From an uncultured Thermococci archaeon (GTDB lineage Archaea; Methanobacteriota_B; Thermococci; Methanofastidiosales; B48-G16), in NCBI GenBank assembly GCA_964595645.1, contig CAZQQT010000003.1, positions 128,001 to 192,000 on the forward strand: 64,000 nucleotides of DNA, given 5' to 3'. Both the position numbers and the translations under genes were made by a program. The notes beneath the pieces are model-generated. The model ran no database searches. It worked only from the letters and a program-made list of their open reading frames with translations, and was not told where the DNA came from. Every line of letters starts with the position of its first letter. Positions within the stretch are counted from its first letter, which is position 1. Below are positions 33,881 to 43,748 of the stretch, one piece after another.

Positions 33881-34990
33881 TTAAACTTTTCGAAGGATAC
33901 GTATCGGATCGTCAATAGATCCACCGTGACACTTCAGCAGTCTGTGTCTCATGGCAATAATCCGTTCAGTTGTACTTCCATACCGTCTAGAACATTCTCC
34001 ACAGATGCATATATCATACTGGGGGCAAATGATATACATTGCTTCATCTCGTGCAATTCCCATCTTCCTTATACTTTTCTCAGCTCTTTCTTGTTCTTTA
34101 GCGTCAACATGGAATCGTTCTCCAAAATGATAGATATTCTCAAAGCATAATGTAATATAAGGAGAGAAGAGTACGTGGTTTCTAAGAGATTTCCTCTGTA
34201 CGGCCTTCTGTTCACTGTAGGGTATACCGCGATCGGTGAGCGCGATTGTTCGTTCTTCTCGTCTCGAAAGATCCCGTAGTCCTTCATTCCTTTTGGAAGC
34301 TATTGTTCCCGCTCTTCTTCTCCTGTGGGGTGTCGTACCGCCGATGTAGAATCCGGCTTCTAAGAGGCCTGCCCTCATAGAGGAAGAGGAGGAGTACGTC
34401 AGTAGTACACCATGCTCGTCCATTACGTTGTATAGCTTCTCAAAAAATCCAACAGAGTACGGTCTCCAATCATGTTTTGGTGAGTACGCATCGTGAAACA
34501 CAACATCGACTGTGCCTGAATATTCATGAGTCAGTGCATCTACCATTGAAAGATGTACATTCTCTGGCCGCTCATAAACTTTGTTCTGTACAATCCCATT
34601 TTTATACAGCGAATCCTCAATCGCACTCTTGATCGTTCTGTGAGCCCCACAGAGATCGGGTATCAACAGCGCCATGGCCAATATCTCCGAACCCTTCTCG
34701 ATCATCTCTATATGCAAGTTTGGGTTACGTTCCAAGGCCGCAGTGGCGTTGTATCCGAATCCAGAAAAAAGATCCAACAGGGCTGTTCTTTTTTCAATGT
34801 TTGCAGGCTTACAGAACTTATGGACACTCTCATCGTAGGCACCGGTGATAGAGTGCATTGTCTCCCGAAGAACGGGATCTTCGTAGGTATACGTAGCGTC
34901 TCCTGTTTTTACAAAAAGATGGCTAATTTTTTTAAAAAACTGTTTCCTTTCTTTCTTAGTTCGCTTCTTTGAGAAAAACTCTTTGATCAT
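33881..34990 (-). CDS. MnmC-like SAM-dependent methyltransferase with Cys-rich C-terminus
   Basis: TGD..T..ETMHS.GA..ES, GFGYN, FHDAYSP, ICPQ..CICG.C. Confidence 0.8.
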   Translation of the reverse strand: MIKEFFSKKRTKKERKQFFKKISHLFVKTGDATYTYEDPVLRETMHSITGAYDESVHKFCKPANIEKRTALLDLFSGFGYNATAALERNPNLHIEMIEKGSEILAMALLIPDLCGAHRTIKSAIEDSLYKNGIVQNKVYERPENVHLSMVDALTHEYSGTVDVVFHDAYSPKHDWRPYSVGFFEKLYNVMDEHGVLLTYSSSSSMRAGLLEAGFYIGGTTPHRRRRAGTIASKRNEGLRDLSRREERTIALTDRGIPYSEQKAVQRKSLRNHVLFSPYITLCFENIYHFGERFHVDAKEQERAEKSIRKMGIARDEAMYIICPQYDICICGECSRRYGSTTERIIAMRHRLLKCHGGSIDDPIRILRKV

Positions 34991-35859
34991 AACTCAATCA
35001 TCATCCTGTCCTCTGCAATTACCACGTTGTCCGTGTATTTTTTTACCTCGTTCTCAATTTCTTCGGTGTTATACCGCTGACTAATGTGTGTCAACGCAAG
35101 TTTTTTTGCACCTATTTTCTGCGCGGCTTCGCATGCTTCTTGTATCGTGGAGTGGTATGTATCACCTCTATCTTCTTCTTTGAGGAAGGTGCTCTCGTGG
35201 ATGAGAAGATCGGCCTCCTCCCATGAGATAGGAGTAGGGAGTGTATCCCCAGTGTACACAACGGATCTCCCAATGTTTTTTGGGCCTGTTACTTCATCCA
35301 ATGTTATTTTTCTACCATTCACAATAATTTCACCATTTTTCTCTAGTTGAGAAAACATTCTTCCTTCTATCCCAAGTTTTTTTGCCTTTTCCTCGATGAA
35401 ATTTCCTCGTTTGTCCTTTTCCTTGAAAATGTATCCTAAGGATGGAACACTATGATCTGTCTCAAATACCCGAATGTAAAAATCTTCAAAGTCTATGGTA
35501 TCTCCATCTTCTAACTCGTGTACATCCACATTGAAGGTAATACCAAAATGGCCAGATTTGAACAGATTTTGGAGGAAATAAATAGTGTTTTTGGGCCCAT
35601 AAATACTTAGTGGATCCGTTCTTTCCTCCAGTGACATTGTCATCAACAAACCTGGTATCCCCAACACGTGATCCCCATGGAAGTGCGTGAGGAAGATTGA
35701 AGATACCTTCGAGGGTTTCACCAGCGAGATCATCTGTCGCTGTGTGTTCTCTCCACAGTCAAACAGTACAACGTTGCCCTGGTACTGAATAGCGATGGAA
35801 GAGAGTCCCCGTTCCTTCGTCGGTTTCGATGCCGCTGTCCCTAAAAACACAACTTTCAT
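34987..35859 (-). CDS. rnz: ribonuclease Z
   Basis: FLGT, DCGE, THFHGDH, TGDT, HEST, THISQRY. Confidence 0.97.
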   Translation of the reverse strand: MKVVFLGTAASKPTKERGLSSIAIQYQGNVVLFDCGENTQRQMISLVKPSKVSSIFLTHFHGDHVLGIPGLLMTMSLEERTDPLSIYGPKNTIYFLQNLFKSGHFGITFNVDVHELEDGDTIDFEDFYIRVFETDHSVPSLGYIFKEKDKRGNFIEEKAKKLGIEGRMFSQLEKNGEIIVNGRKITLDEVTGPKNIGRSVVYTGDTLPTPISWEEADLLIHESTFLKEEDRGDTYHSTIQEACEAAQKIGAKKLALTHISQRYNTEEIENEVKKYTDNVVIAEDRMMIEL

Positions 35860-35945
35860 GATGCACCTCTCTCGTGACTGCTAAAAAATGTTGTGATCAT
35901 ACCCACATTCTGACTCCGTAAACACTCTTCTTTATATTCCTTCGC

Positions 35946-36815
35946 TCATTCAGCCTTTGGAACACTGGAAAATCTACTTATGAGCAGAAGCACACCTGCA
36001 CCTATAGCCCCAAAAAAGAGCAATGAGAAAATATCTCCATTAATTTTCTTTATCGGTGTTCCCAGTCCACCGATCATCAACCCGATTAAAAATGTTATTG
36101 TTTGATCGTGGTATTTTTTCAGCAGCCAGTTCAAAAATTTAGACATTGCACACAACCCCATCAGTACTCCTGTGGTAAACACAGTGATTACAGAAATGTT
36201 CACCTCACTCACTTCTCCTACAAGGTACTGGTACTGGTTTAACATTAAAAGGACATATGAACCAGAAATTCCGGGTAGTATCATGGCAGAAAACGCGAAA
36301 AATCCAGAAATAAAAATTATAGGAGCTGAATGATCTATTGCAACTGTATTCACTGACGAGATTATACCACCGGTCAGGATCCCCATACCGATGAAGAGCA
36401 GACATCCTGAGAGAATCGATCTGTTCTGTGTGGAGAGCATGTAGATGCTCATTGCAATTAACCCCACGAAAAACGAAAAGACCTGTGCTTGATAGTTATT
36501 AATCAGGTTGTTCATAAGCTCTATCACTAAGAAAAGGGCAAAAAAAACGCCAAGATATAGGTTTACTAAAAATTTTAATTCTTGGCTTTTTAATAGATCC
36601 AAAGGACTTTGCATTGTTGAAAGTACATAGGAAATACTCTTTATGAGTTTTTCGTATATTCCAAGGATCAGCGCTATCGTGGCACCAGAGACTCCGGGAA
36701 TCGCATCGGAAATCCCCATTAGGCATCCATAAAAAAAAATTCTTATTTTATCAGCAAATGGGGTGTTTTCTTTCAGCCGTACGAAAAAAGTGAGCAACAA
36801 GCTCCATTCTACCAT
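35946..36815 (-). CDS. DUF368 polyprenyl-phosphate translocase family
   Basis: MG..D.IPGVSGATIA..GIYE, AMILPGISGS..L. Confidence 0.9.
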   Translation of the reverse strand: MVEWSLLLTFFVRLKENTPFADKIRIFFYGCLMGISDAIPGVSGATIALILGIYEKLIKSISYVLSTMQSPLDLLKSQELKFLVNLYLGVFFALFLVIELMNNLINNYQAQVFSFFVGLIAMSIYMLSTQNRSILSGCLLFIGMGILTGGIISSVNTVAIDHSAPIIFISGFFAFSAMILPGISGSYVLLMLNQYQYLVGEVSEVNISVITVFTTGVLMGLCAMSKFLNWLLKKYHDQTITFLIGLMIGGLGTPIKKINGDIFSLLFFGAIGAGVLLLISRFSSVPKAE

Positions 36816-37540
36816 AGCACCACCAGTGTGAGTACCCCAAAAGCAATACAGAATATATCAAATGACACTTTTTTTGCCACCTTTAATAACAAATCCACGG
36901 TTAGATACCCTGTAATAAATGCAAATATTATCCCAATAACAATATTTTTAGAGTGGAGTACAAGCAGTTCTGGATTTCTTACTGCATCCAAGACTATACC
37001 GCCGATGACAGCAGGAACGCTCATCAGAAAAGAGATTTTCAGAGCTTCTTCCTGGGTAAATCCTCGAAAAAGGAGAGATGACACAGTGACTCCCGATCGT
37101 GAGATCCCTGGAAGAATAGAAAACCCCTGAAAAAGTCCTGCAATGGTGCTGTCTTTCGGCGTACTTTTTTCATAACGTTTGGTACCAAACTCCCGCTGTG
37201 AGAATCGAAGAATCAGGCCGGTGAGTATCAATGACACGCCAATTACCACACTGAGAATCTCCCCGGAGTACTGTACGAAGAAATAGAGAGGTGCTCCAAC
37301 AACTCCTGTAACAACAGTAGCAATTATAATAAATCTTGTGAGATAGAGTTTAATATCTCTAAACTTTGCTAACACTGCCATTACTGTTCCAAAATGAAGA
37401 AAGAGCGCAAAAGAAAATGCCTCCTGTGTTGTCATCTCTGTGAGTGATCCTGCAATTGTGACTTGGGCAGAACTACTCACCGGTAACCACTCCGTGATCC
37501 CTTGGATTACACCGAGAATCACAGCCTGTAAAAAATTCAT
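36809..37540 (-). CDS. uppP: UppP/BacA polyprenyl-diphosphatase
   Basis: QGITEWLPVSSS, H.GT, PGISRSG.T, SFLMS.P. Confidence 0.92.
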   Translation of the reverse strand: MNFLQAVILGVIQGITEWLPVSSSAQVTIAGSLTEMTTQEAFSFALFLHFGTVMAVLAKFRDIKLYLTRFIIIATVVTGVVGAPLYFFVQYSGEILSVVIGVSLILTGLILRFSQREFGTKRYEKSTPKDSTIAGLFQGFSILPGISRSGVTVSSLLFRGFTQEEALKISFLMSVPAVIGGIVLDAVRNPELLVLHSKNIVIGIIFAFITGYLTVDLLLKVAKKVSFDIFCIAFGVLTLVVLW

Positions 37541-37599
37541 AACGTTACACACATGAAAAACTTTATATTAGTTTTGGTATAGGAAGATTGGGTGATCCC

Positions 37600-38727
37600 A
37601 TGAGACTTAAACTTCATGAATGGCACAAAAAACATGCGAAAAAAGTAGCTAACTTTGCAGGGTTTGAGATGCCGATTTGGTATTCAGGAATTAACGATGA
37701 ACATGAAACTGTACGAAACAGTGTAGGAATATTCGATCTCTCGCACATGGGCGAAATAATCGTAGAGGGGGAGGAGAGGCTGGATTTTCTCCAGTACCTC
37801 ACCACAAACGATATCTCAAAACCTCCTCCTATCTCCGCGACCTATGCACTCATCCTCAATGAGCGAGGCGCAATCAAGGATGAGTGTCTCGTCTACAACA
37901 GGGGAGACTCGTACATGATCGTGTATGATGCGGTGGCTATAGATAAAATATATGCATGGCTTTCTGTTTTCGCCAAGTTCTACGACGTTGCTGTCACGAA
38001 CAAAACTGCCGATATCCAACTCTACTCGGTACAGGGACCACAGGCAGCGAATCTGTGTCAAGAAATGTTTGAGATCGATATTGGTGAGATGTGGTGGTTC
38101 CAAGGAAAAGAAATAGAGTATAATGAAGAAACCCTACTCCTCTCCAAGTCAGGTTACACCGGTGAGAATGGATTTGAGCTGTTTTTCGAAGCGGACAAAG
38201 AGTACTCCTACAATCTATGGGAAAAAATACTGGATGAAGGGGAGAAATACGGCATAAAGCCGTGCGGTCTAGGAGCGAGAGACACATTAAGAGTGGAAGC
38301 AGGATACACACTTTATGGTAAAGATACAAAGGAAGAACAGCGATTAAGTACGGATATAGACAGTATAACCCCACTGGAAGGGGGATTTGACTTTGCAGTA
38401 TCTTTTGAAAAAGATTTCATTGGAAAAGAGGCTCTTAAAAAACAAAAAAAACAAGGAATTAAAAAGAAATTGCATCATTTTAAACTCGTGGAGCGAGGAA
38501 TACCACGAGAGGGACAAAAAGTGCGTGTCGACGGAAAAGATATTGGTGAGGTTACTAGTGGATCCCAATCCATGGATAAAGAAGGAATAGGATTGTGTTA
38601 TGCAGACGCCGAATTAGGTCCAGGAGATAAGATTTATATAGCAATACGAGGAAAAGAAAAGCGAGGAGAAATCGTGAAACCTCCCTTTTACGATGAGAGA
38701 AAGTATGGAGCATCACGAAAGAGGTGA
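37600..38727 (+). CDS. gcvT: glycine cleavage aminomethyltransferase T
   Basis: FAGFEMPIWY, FDLSHMGE, SGYTGENGFE, GLGARDTLRVEAG. Confidence 0.96.
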   Translation: MRLKLHEWHKKHAKKVANFAGFEMPIWYSGINDEHETVRNSVGIFDLSHMGEIIVEGEERLDFLQYLTTNDISKPPPISATYALILNERGAIKDECLVYNRGDSYMIVYDAVAIDKIYAWLSVFAKFYDVAVTNKTADIQLYSVQGPQAANLCQEMFEIDIGEMWWFQGKEIEYNEETLLLSKSGYTGENGFELFFEADKEYSYNLWEKILDEGEKYGIKPCGLGARDTLRVEAGYTLYGKDTKEEQRLSTDIDSITPLEGGFDFAVSFEKDFIGKEALKKQKKQGIKKKLHHFKLVERGIPREGQKVRVDGKDIGEVTSGSQSMDKEGIGLCYADAELGPGDKIYIAIRGKEKRGEIVKPPFYDERKYGASRKR

Positions 38728-39113
38728 TAGGAATGGATGTGAAGGAAGGTCTTTACTACACAGAAAAGCATGAGTGGCTTGAAGTAAATGATGATATTGG
38801 TGCTGTCGGCATCAGCGATTACGCACAAGAAGAACTGGGACCTGTGGCATATGTGGATCTACCTGAAAAGGGAAATTCTGTTAAAAAAGGAGAAGAGCTT
38901 TGTGAAATAGAGTCTGTAAAAGCCGTAAGTGAGATATACGCTCCTGTTAGCGGAGAAATCGCAGAAGTAAATTCAAATTTGGAAGATTATCCGGAAGATA
39001 TAAATGAAGATCCCTATAGTACGTGGGTAGTAAAGATCAGAATAGAAAACAAAGATGAAATAAAAGGGCTTATGAACGCTGAAGAGTATAAAGAATACTT
39101 GGATTCTCTCTAA
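38724..39113 (+). CDS. gcvH: glycine cleavage H protein
   Basis: HEW, GISDYAQ..LG, ESVKA (lipoyl Lys), NEDPY. Confidence 0.96.
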   Translation: MIGMDVKEGLYYTEKHEWLEVNDDIGAVGISDYAQEELGPVAYVDLPEKGNSVKKGEELCEIESVKAVSEIYAPVSGEIAEVNSNLEDYPEDINEDPYSTWVVKIRIENKDEIKGLMNAEEYKEYLDSL

Positions 39114-39160
39114 TTTATTTTATTTTTTTTATTAACACCAGCAGAAAGAGGGGGGGGAGT

Positions 39161-39739
39161 ATGCAAGAATATATACGGAAAAAGTTCCTTGAAATGATTT
39201 CTGATAGGATAACAATGCTTCTATTATTAATTGGGGCGTTAGAGCTCATGCTCTACAGATCTGTAATGTATACAGGATTTGAGAGCAAACTAGAACCACA
39301 CATACTTCCCGCAACATCCACGCTCCTCTTACAGGATCTTATTGGAACTAGAGGACCTTTTGCCATATTTGCGTCGTATTATTATGTTTATGGACACATA
39401 TTCTCACTCATACTTCTCGGAGCAGTAATATTTTTCTCAAAGAATCAAAAAACGAACTTATTCGCTCTTGTCTTATGTTTCGCTACAGAGTCTCTGATCT
39501 ATTTTCTCTTTCCCCTCGCGCCACCCGTGCGAACCCGGGCCGCAGTACCTATCCGGGTACTTATATTTCCCACTTCAGAAACGCTGATCTCCATAAAGTA
39601 CTCGGCATTTCCAAGTGGCCATATAATCAAGTCTGCTCTTGGATACCTTACAATTATCGTTGCCTTTGTCGGGTTTAAAATAGCATACTATATAGATAAC
39701 AACTATTGGAACGAGGATAAAGAAAGTATATTTCAATGA
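39161..39739 (+). CDS. PAP2/Aur1-like membrane protein, apparently C-terminally deleted
   Basis: YFLFPLAPP and FPSGH present; the third motif HxxxD is absent. Confidence 0.6.
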   Translation: MQEYIRKKFLEMISDRITMLLLLIGALELMLYRSVMYTGFESKLEPHILPATSTLLLQDLIGTRGPFAIFASYYYVYGHIFSLILLGAVIFFSKNQKTNLFALVLCFATESLIYFLFPLAPPVRTRAAVPIRVLIFPTSETLISIKYSAFPSGHIIKSALGYLTIIVAFVGFKIAYYIDNNYWNEDKESIFQ

Positions 39740-39832
39740 CTACCCCGCTGCCATAAATGTCGCAATACTCAGCACTATCGCCGCTACCACCATTGCGATC
39801 AACAACGCATAGAACTTACTTTCTCCATTCAT
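39740..39832 (-). CDS. 30-aa single-TM micro-protein
   Basis: MNGESKFYALLIAMVVAAIVLSIATFMAAG; fills the gap tail-to-tail with the previous gene. Confidence 0.5.
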   Translation of the reverse strand: MNGESKFYALLIAMVVAAIVLSIATFMAAG

Positions 39833-39954
39833 TTGAACCACTGCTATTTCTAGTAGTAGTTATATTTATAGTTTTTTTAACTCGAAAACTGAATAAATTA
39901 GTTATTCTAACTTTCCAGTTGGAAAGAAATTTTATTTTTGTGGAAAATTAACAA

Positions 39955-40119
39955 CTACAGAATGCCTACCAAAATAAGCAATAATCCTATCACTACAGTA
40001 GCTGTAGCCTTTACATTCTTGCTCCCAGGGAAGTTTATCACTCGCGTGAGCTGTGGAACAAAGAACGACGCAACTCCTAGTACAACTAAAAGAATGCCAA
40101 TGATCGTTATCGGTTCCAT
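39955..40119 (-). CDS. 54-aa two-TM small protein
   Basis: MEPITIIGILLVVLGVASFF..VVIGLLLILVGIL; GGTGA RBS upstream. Confidence 0.65.
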   Translation of the reverse strand: MEPITIIGILLVVLGVASFFVPQLTRVINFPGSKNVKATATVVIGLLLILVGIL

Positions 40120-40497
40120 TTTTTTCACCGTTGCTTATGTTAGAAACGATGTAATAAAAATGTTTTTTCTAGAAAACTATGTTATAATAGGAAGTCTAGT
40201 TCCATGAATGAAAATTCCATATTGTCTTAGTATGCAAAAAAGAAAGGCTTAAGAATTTCATGTAACATTTTAAAGCTAAAGATAATGTAACCGTGAAGTA
40301 TCATCCAAAGAAGGAGGAATCGACGATAACTACGAACGAAGGAAGTGGAAGGAGATGAACATGTACTGATCGCACTGAGAACAAAAAAAGGTACTTTAAA
40401 GTAAGACCTATGTCAATTTCTGAGGTATTGAATAGCCATACATCAGAGAGAAAAATTTAAGAAGATTCCCTCCTACAACTACATAGGAGGAAATGCC

Positions 40498-40896
40498 ATG
40501 ATTGGAACTCTACCTGAAGATATTCTGGAAGCAGTTTTGGAGACGATACCAGTCGAATTTTCTGTTCTTGATAAGAACGATAAAGTGCTGGCATGGAACA
40601 AGCATAAAACACGTATATTTACGCGGCCAAAAAGCGTTGTCGGGAGAGATGTACGTGACTGCCATCCAAAGGAAAGTCTCCACAAAGTAGAGCGAATTTT
40701 GGAGGAGATGAAAGAGAGAAAAAGGGACAAAGCTAGATTCTGGATTGATTTGAACATTAACGACGAAACTCACAAGATTCTCATCGAGTACTACGCACTA
40801 CGAGATGAAAATGGCGAGTACCTAGGCTGCCTGGAAGCGAGCAGAGACATTACCGATATCCAGTCGCTTACCGGTGAAAAGCGGCTGCTGGAGTAG
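40498..40896 (+). CDS. stand-alone PAS-domain protein (PAS_10/DUF438-type)
   Basis: ILETIP..D, GRDVRDCHP.ES, FWI, RDE.GEYLG.LE..DIT. Confidence 0.85.
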   Translation: MIGTLPEDILEAVLETIPVEFSVLDKNDKVLAWNKHKTRIFTRPKSVVGRDVRDCHPKESLHKVERILEEMKERKRDKARFWIDLNINDETHKILIEYYALRDENGEYLGCLEASRDITDIQSLTGEKRLLE

Positions 40897-41904
40897 GTGT
40901 CGCAGGTGACGCAACTACGTCAAACTAAGGAGAAAGAGGTAAAAATCACAGTGATAGACTACGATGAAAATCAATCCAAGGAGAAAGAGATAGCGAACAT
41001 CAAAGAATGTTTCCCGTTCAAAGAGACTCCTACAGTTACGTGGATAAATATTGATGGGATTGCTCCCTCTATCATTGAAACATTAGGGAGTCATTTTGAA
41101 CTTCATCCGCTCATTCTTGAGGATATCACAACCTCTCAACGTCCGAAGATAGAAGAGTCGGAAAACTACATTTTTATCATCGTGAAAATGCTTCATGAAG
41201 AGGACAGTGAGCTACAAATAGAACAAGTGAGTATCATTCTCGGTCCAACTTTTGTCATTTCTTTTCAAGAGGGAGAAGGGGATATCTTCGATGGAATAAG
41301 AGAGAGAATTACGCATAAAAAGGGCCGTATACGGAGTAGAGGTGCAGATTATCTCGCATACAGCTTAGTAGATGCTATCGTAGATAACTATTTCGTGCTC
41401 CTGGAACATGTGGGAGAGAAAATAGAGGATTTAGAGGAAGAGTTGGTAGGGGATCCATCACCCAAAACGCTTCACCGTATCCACGCTCTAAAACGTGAGA
41501 TACTTTTCCTCCGAAAATCAGTATGGCCTCTACGAGAAGTTATCAGTAGATTGGAGCGGATAGAATCATCCCTTATCCAGGAATCAACAGAGATATACTT
41601 TAGAGACGTGTATGAACATACCATCCAGGTCATTGACACAGTAGAAACGCACAGGGACATGCTTTCTGGAATGCTTGATATCTATCTTTCCAGCGTGAGC
41701 AATAAGATGAACGAAGTTATGAAAGTACTCACTATTTTCGCGTCGATATTCATCCCTCTGACATTCATTGCTGGTATTTATGGAATGAACTTCCAGTATA
41801 TGCCTGAATTAGCGTGGCGCTGGGGATATTACGTCGTGCTCTTGGGGATGGGAATAGTTATTGCGGTAATGCTCGTATATTTCTGGCGGAAGGACTGGTT
41901 GTGA
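40897..41904 (+). CDS. corA: Mg2+/Co2+ transporter CorA (N-terminus possibly shortened)
   Basis: LHPL.LEDI..QRPK, MNEVMKVLT, YGMNF.YMPEL. Confidence 0.93.
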   Translation: MSQVTQLRQTKEKEVKITVIDYDENQSKEKEIANIKECFPFKETPTVTWINIDGIAPSIIETLGSHFELHPLILEDITTSQRPKIEESENYIFIIVKMLHEEDSELQIEQVSIILGPTFVISFQEGEGDIFDGIRERITHKKGRIRSRGADYLAYSLVDAIVDNYFVLLEHVGEKIEDLEEELVGDPSPKTLHRIHALKREILFLRKSVWPLREVISRLERIESSLIQESTEIYFRDVYEHTIQVIDTVETHRDMLSGMLDIYLSSVSNKMNEVMKVLTIFASIFIPLTFIAGIYGMNFQYMPELAWRWGYYVVLLGMGIVIAVMLVYFWRKDWL

Positions 41905-41910
41905 ACACTA

Positions 41911-42127
41911 TTACCATTGAAGCTCAATCGCATCCACGGGGCAGCTCTCGGCAGCCTTCTCCACACACTCTGATTCGTCGGGCACTTCTCCCGTATGAGC
42001 GTTCTCCTGCTGATACTCTTCAACTAATACTGATTTCCCTTCAGCATTCTCTTCAAATACGTAGGGACACAGTCTGTAACATACCACATGCAATACACGT
42101 ATCCTCATCTATCATTACTTTTACCAT
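41911..42127 (-). pseudogene. monocluster ferredoxin, frameshifted at about 42078-42083
   Basis: MVKVMIDEDTCIACG in one frame continues as CYRLCPYVF..AAESCPVDAI in another; total length 217 nt. Confidence 0.8.
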
Positions 42128-42150
42128 CTTTTCACCTTTTACAATTTAAT

Positions 42151-43061
42151 TTAATGTTTCCAATCCACGTATTTTTCCCCTCGTAACTCAGCGATGAGAT
42201 TTAACGCTGCCTTTGCTCCTTCTCCCACCGCAGCACCGATTTGTCTCACCTTGCCGGTACAATCGCCGGCCGCGTACACCCGTGGCACCTGCGTGTATTG
42301 GGTCTCGTCAACGACGAGTCGTCCGTCACGAATTGTGATTCCGAGAGCCCGAGCGAAATCCAACGAGCCACTCGTCCCCTCTGCAATAATCAATCCTTCC
42401 ATTTCTTTTACCCCTTCGTCAAACTTTACTCCCTGAAACATCTCATCGCCATATATACCTTTTATTCTATTTTTGTTTATGGGAATATTCCGTTTTTCTA
42501 ACTGTTTTTGTAGGATTCCACTCACGTCTAAATCCTTACCATTCGTGTAAATTGTCACGCCCTGTGTGTATTCGTACAGTTCTATCGCTTCTTTTACAAC
42601 AAGATCTTCAGAACCAAGTACTCCCACGGTTCTATCTCGGAAGAGAGGAGCATCACAGGTCACACAGTAACTTACACCTTTTCCTTCATATGCTTCTATT
42701 TCATCTATTTGTGGTTTTTGTGTTGGATCCCCGGTGAGAGTATTAACGATCTGGCAATATACGCGTTCGTAGCAGTTTCAACTCTGTAATTCCCATTATC
42801 TATTTTAATTAAAAGTACCTTTTCTCTTTTTACTTCTGCACCAAATTTTTCTGCCTGTCTTTTTCCGCGTTGAAGTATCTCTTTCCCGGAAATTCCTTCT
42901 GGAAATCCAAAATAATTTTCTATCACCCTCACCTTTTCCAAAAGTTTATCCGGCTCATCCAATACCAGTGTATCAAAATCTGCTCTCGATGTATATATCG
43001 CTGCAGATAGACCTGCCGGGCCGCCTCCAATTATCACTACATCGTATTTATTCTCACTCAT
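42151..43061 (-). pseudogene. trxB: thioredoxin reductase-like flavoprotein, frameshifted in an A5 run (42715-42719)
   Basis: GGGPAGLSAA in the first part. One extra A gives KPQIDEIEAYEGKGVSYCVTCD joining the second ORF, which carries YAAGD..QI..AVGEG. Confidence 0.85.
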
Positions 43062-43105
43062 CTCTATCGCTTTTTATTTTCAATACGTAGTTTGGGGCAC
43101 AATGT

Positions 43106-43744
43106 TCATTCTTCCTCAAATATCACTACGACCTTTTCCACATCCCCCCGATGCTCGATTTTCTCGTGTATATCTTCTTTAATCGCATTGGCAAACTGGT
43201 GATCCTCGACAATGTCGATAGTAATCGTTACCGTTCCATCATCCACCGTTACCTCTTTGATCAGTTCTGTTCGAACGACATCCAGTCCTGTCATGGGGTT
43301 CATGACATGTCTGAGACGCTTTTTTACTACCTCCTCTGTTGTAGGCTCTCGTTCCGTTACGAGTCCATGTCGTTCCTCGTAATCCCGTATTGCCTCACGT
43401 AGCCCTTCCACCGCGAGTACAGAACAGTGTGCCTTTATTGACGGTAGACCTCCAAGTTCCTCAGATGCGTCCTGCCACGTGATCTTTTTTGCCTCGTCAA
43501 TGGTCTTTCCCTTCGCCATTTCTGTGATGATTGATCCTGTGGCAATATTCGACGCACAACCGTAGGACTCAAACTTGATATCTGTGATTTTATGTGTCTC
43601 CTCATCTACCTTAATGTACACAGATACCATATCACCGCATGCAGGACTGCCTTCTTGGGCCTTTCCGTCAGGATCCTCCATTTTTCCTACATTTTTTGGA
43701 TTTTTGAAATGCTCTATTACCGTCTCACTATATGGTGTCTTCAT
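43106..43744 (-). CDS. iscU: IscU/NifU-N scaffold fused to a C-terminal DUF59-like domain
   Basis: HF.NP.NVG, PACGD, YGCAS, KAHCS; C-terminal L..V.NP.TG.DVV. Confidence 0.88.
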   Translation of the reverse strand: MKTPYSETVIEHFKNPKNVGKMEDPDGKAQEGSPACGDMVSVYIKVDEETHKITDIKFESYGCASNIATGSIITEMAKGKTIDEAKKITWQDASEELGGLPSIKAHCSVLAVEGLREAIRDYEERHGLVTEREPTTEEVVKKRLRHVMNPMTGLDVVRTELIKEVTVDDGTVTITIDIVEDHQFANAIKEDIHEKIEHRGDVEKVVVIFEEE

Positions 43745-43748
43745 ATAT

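Noticed and set aside
39757-40207. Plus-strand ORFs 39757-39951 and 39938-40207
   Set aside because: Better explained as shadows of two minus-strand hydrophobic small ORFs.
40210-40480. Purine-rich intergenic stretch that may be a gene remnant
   Set aside because: Multiple stops and no recognisable motif; cannot support a call.
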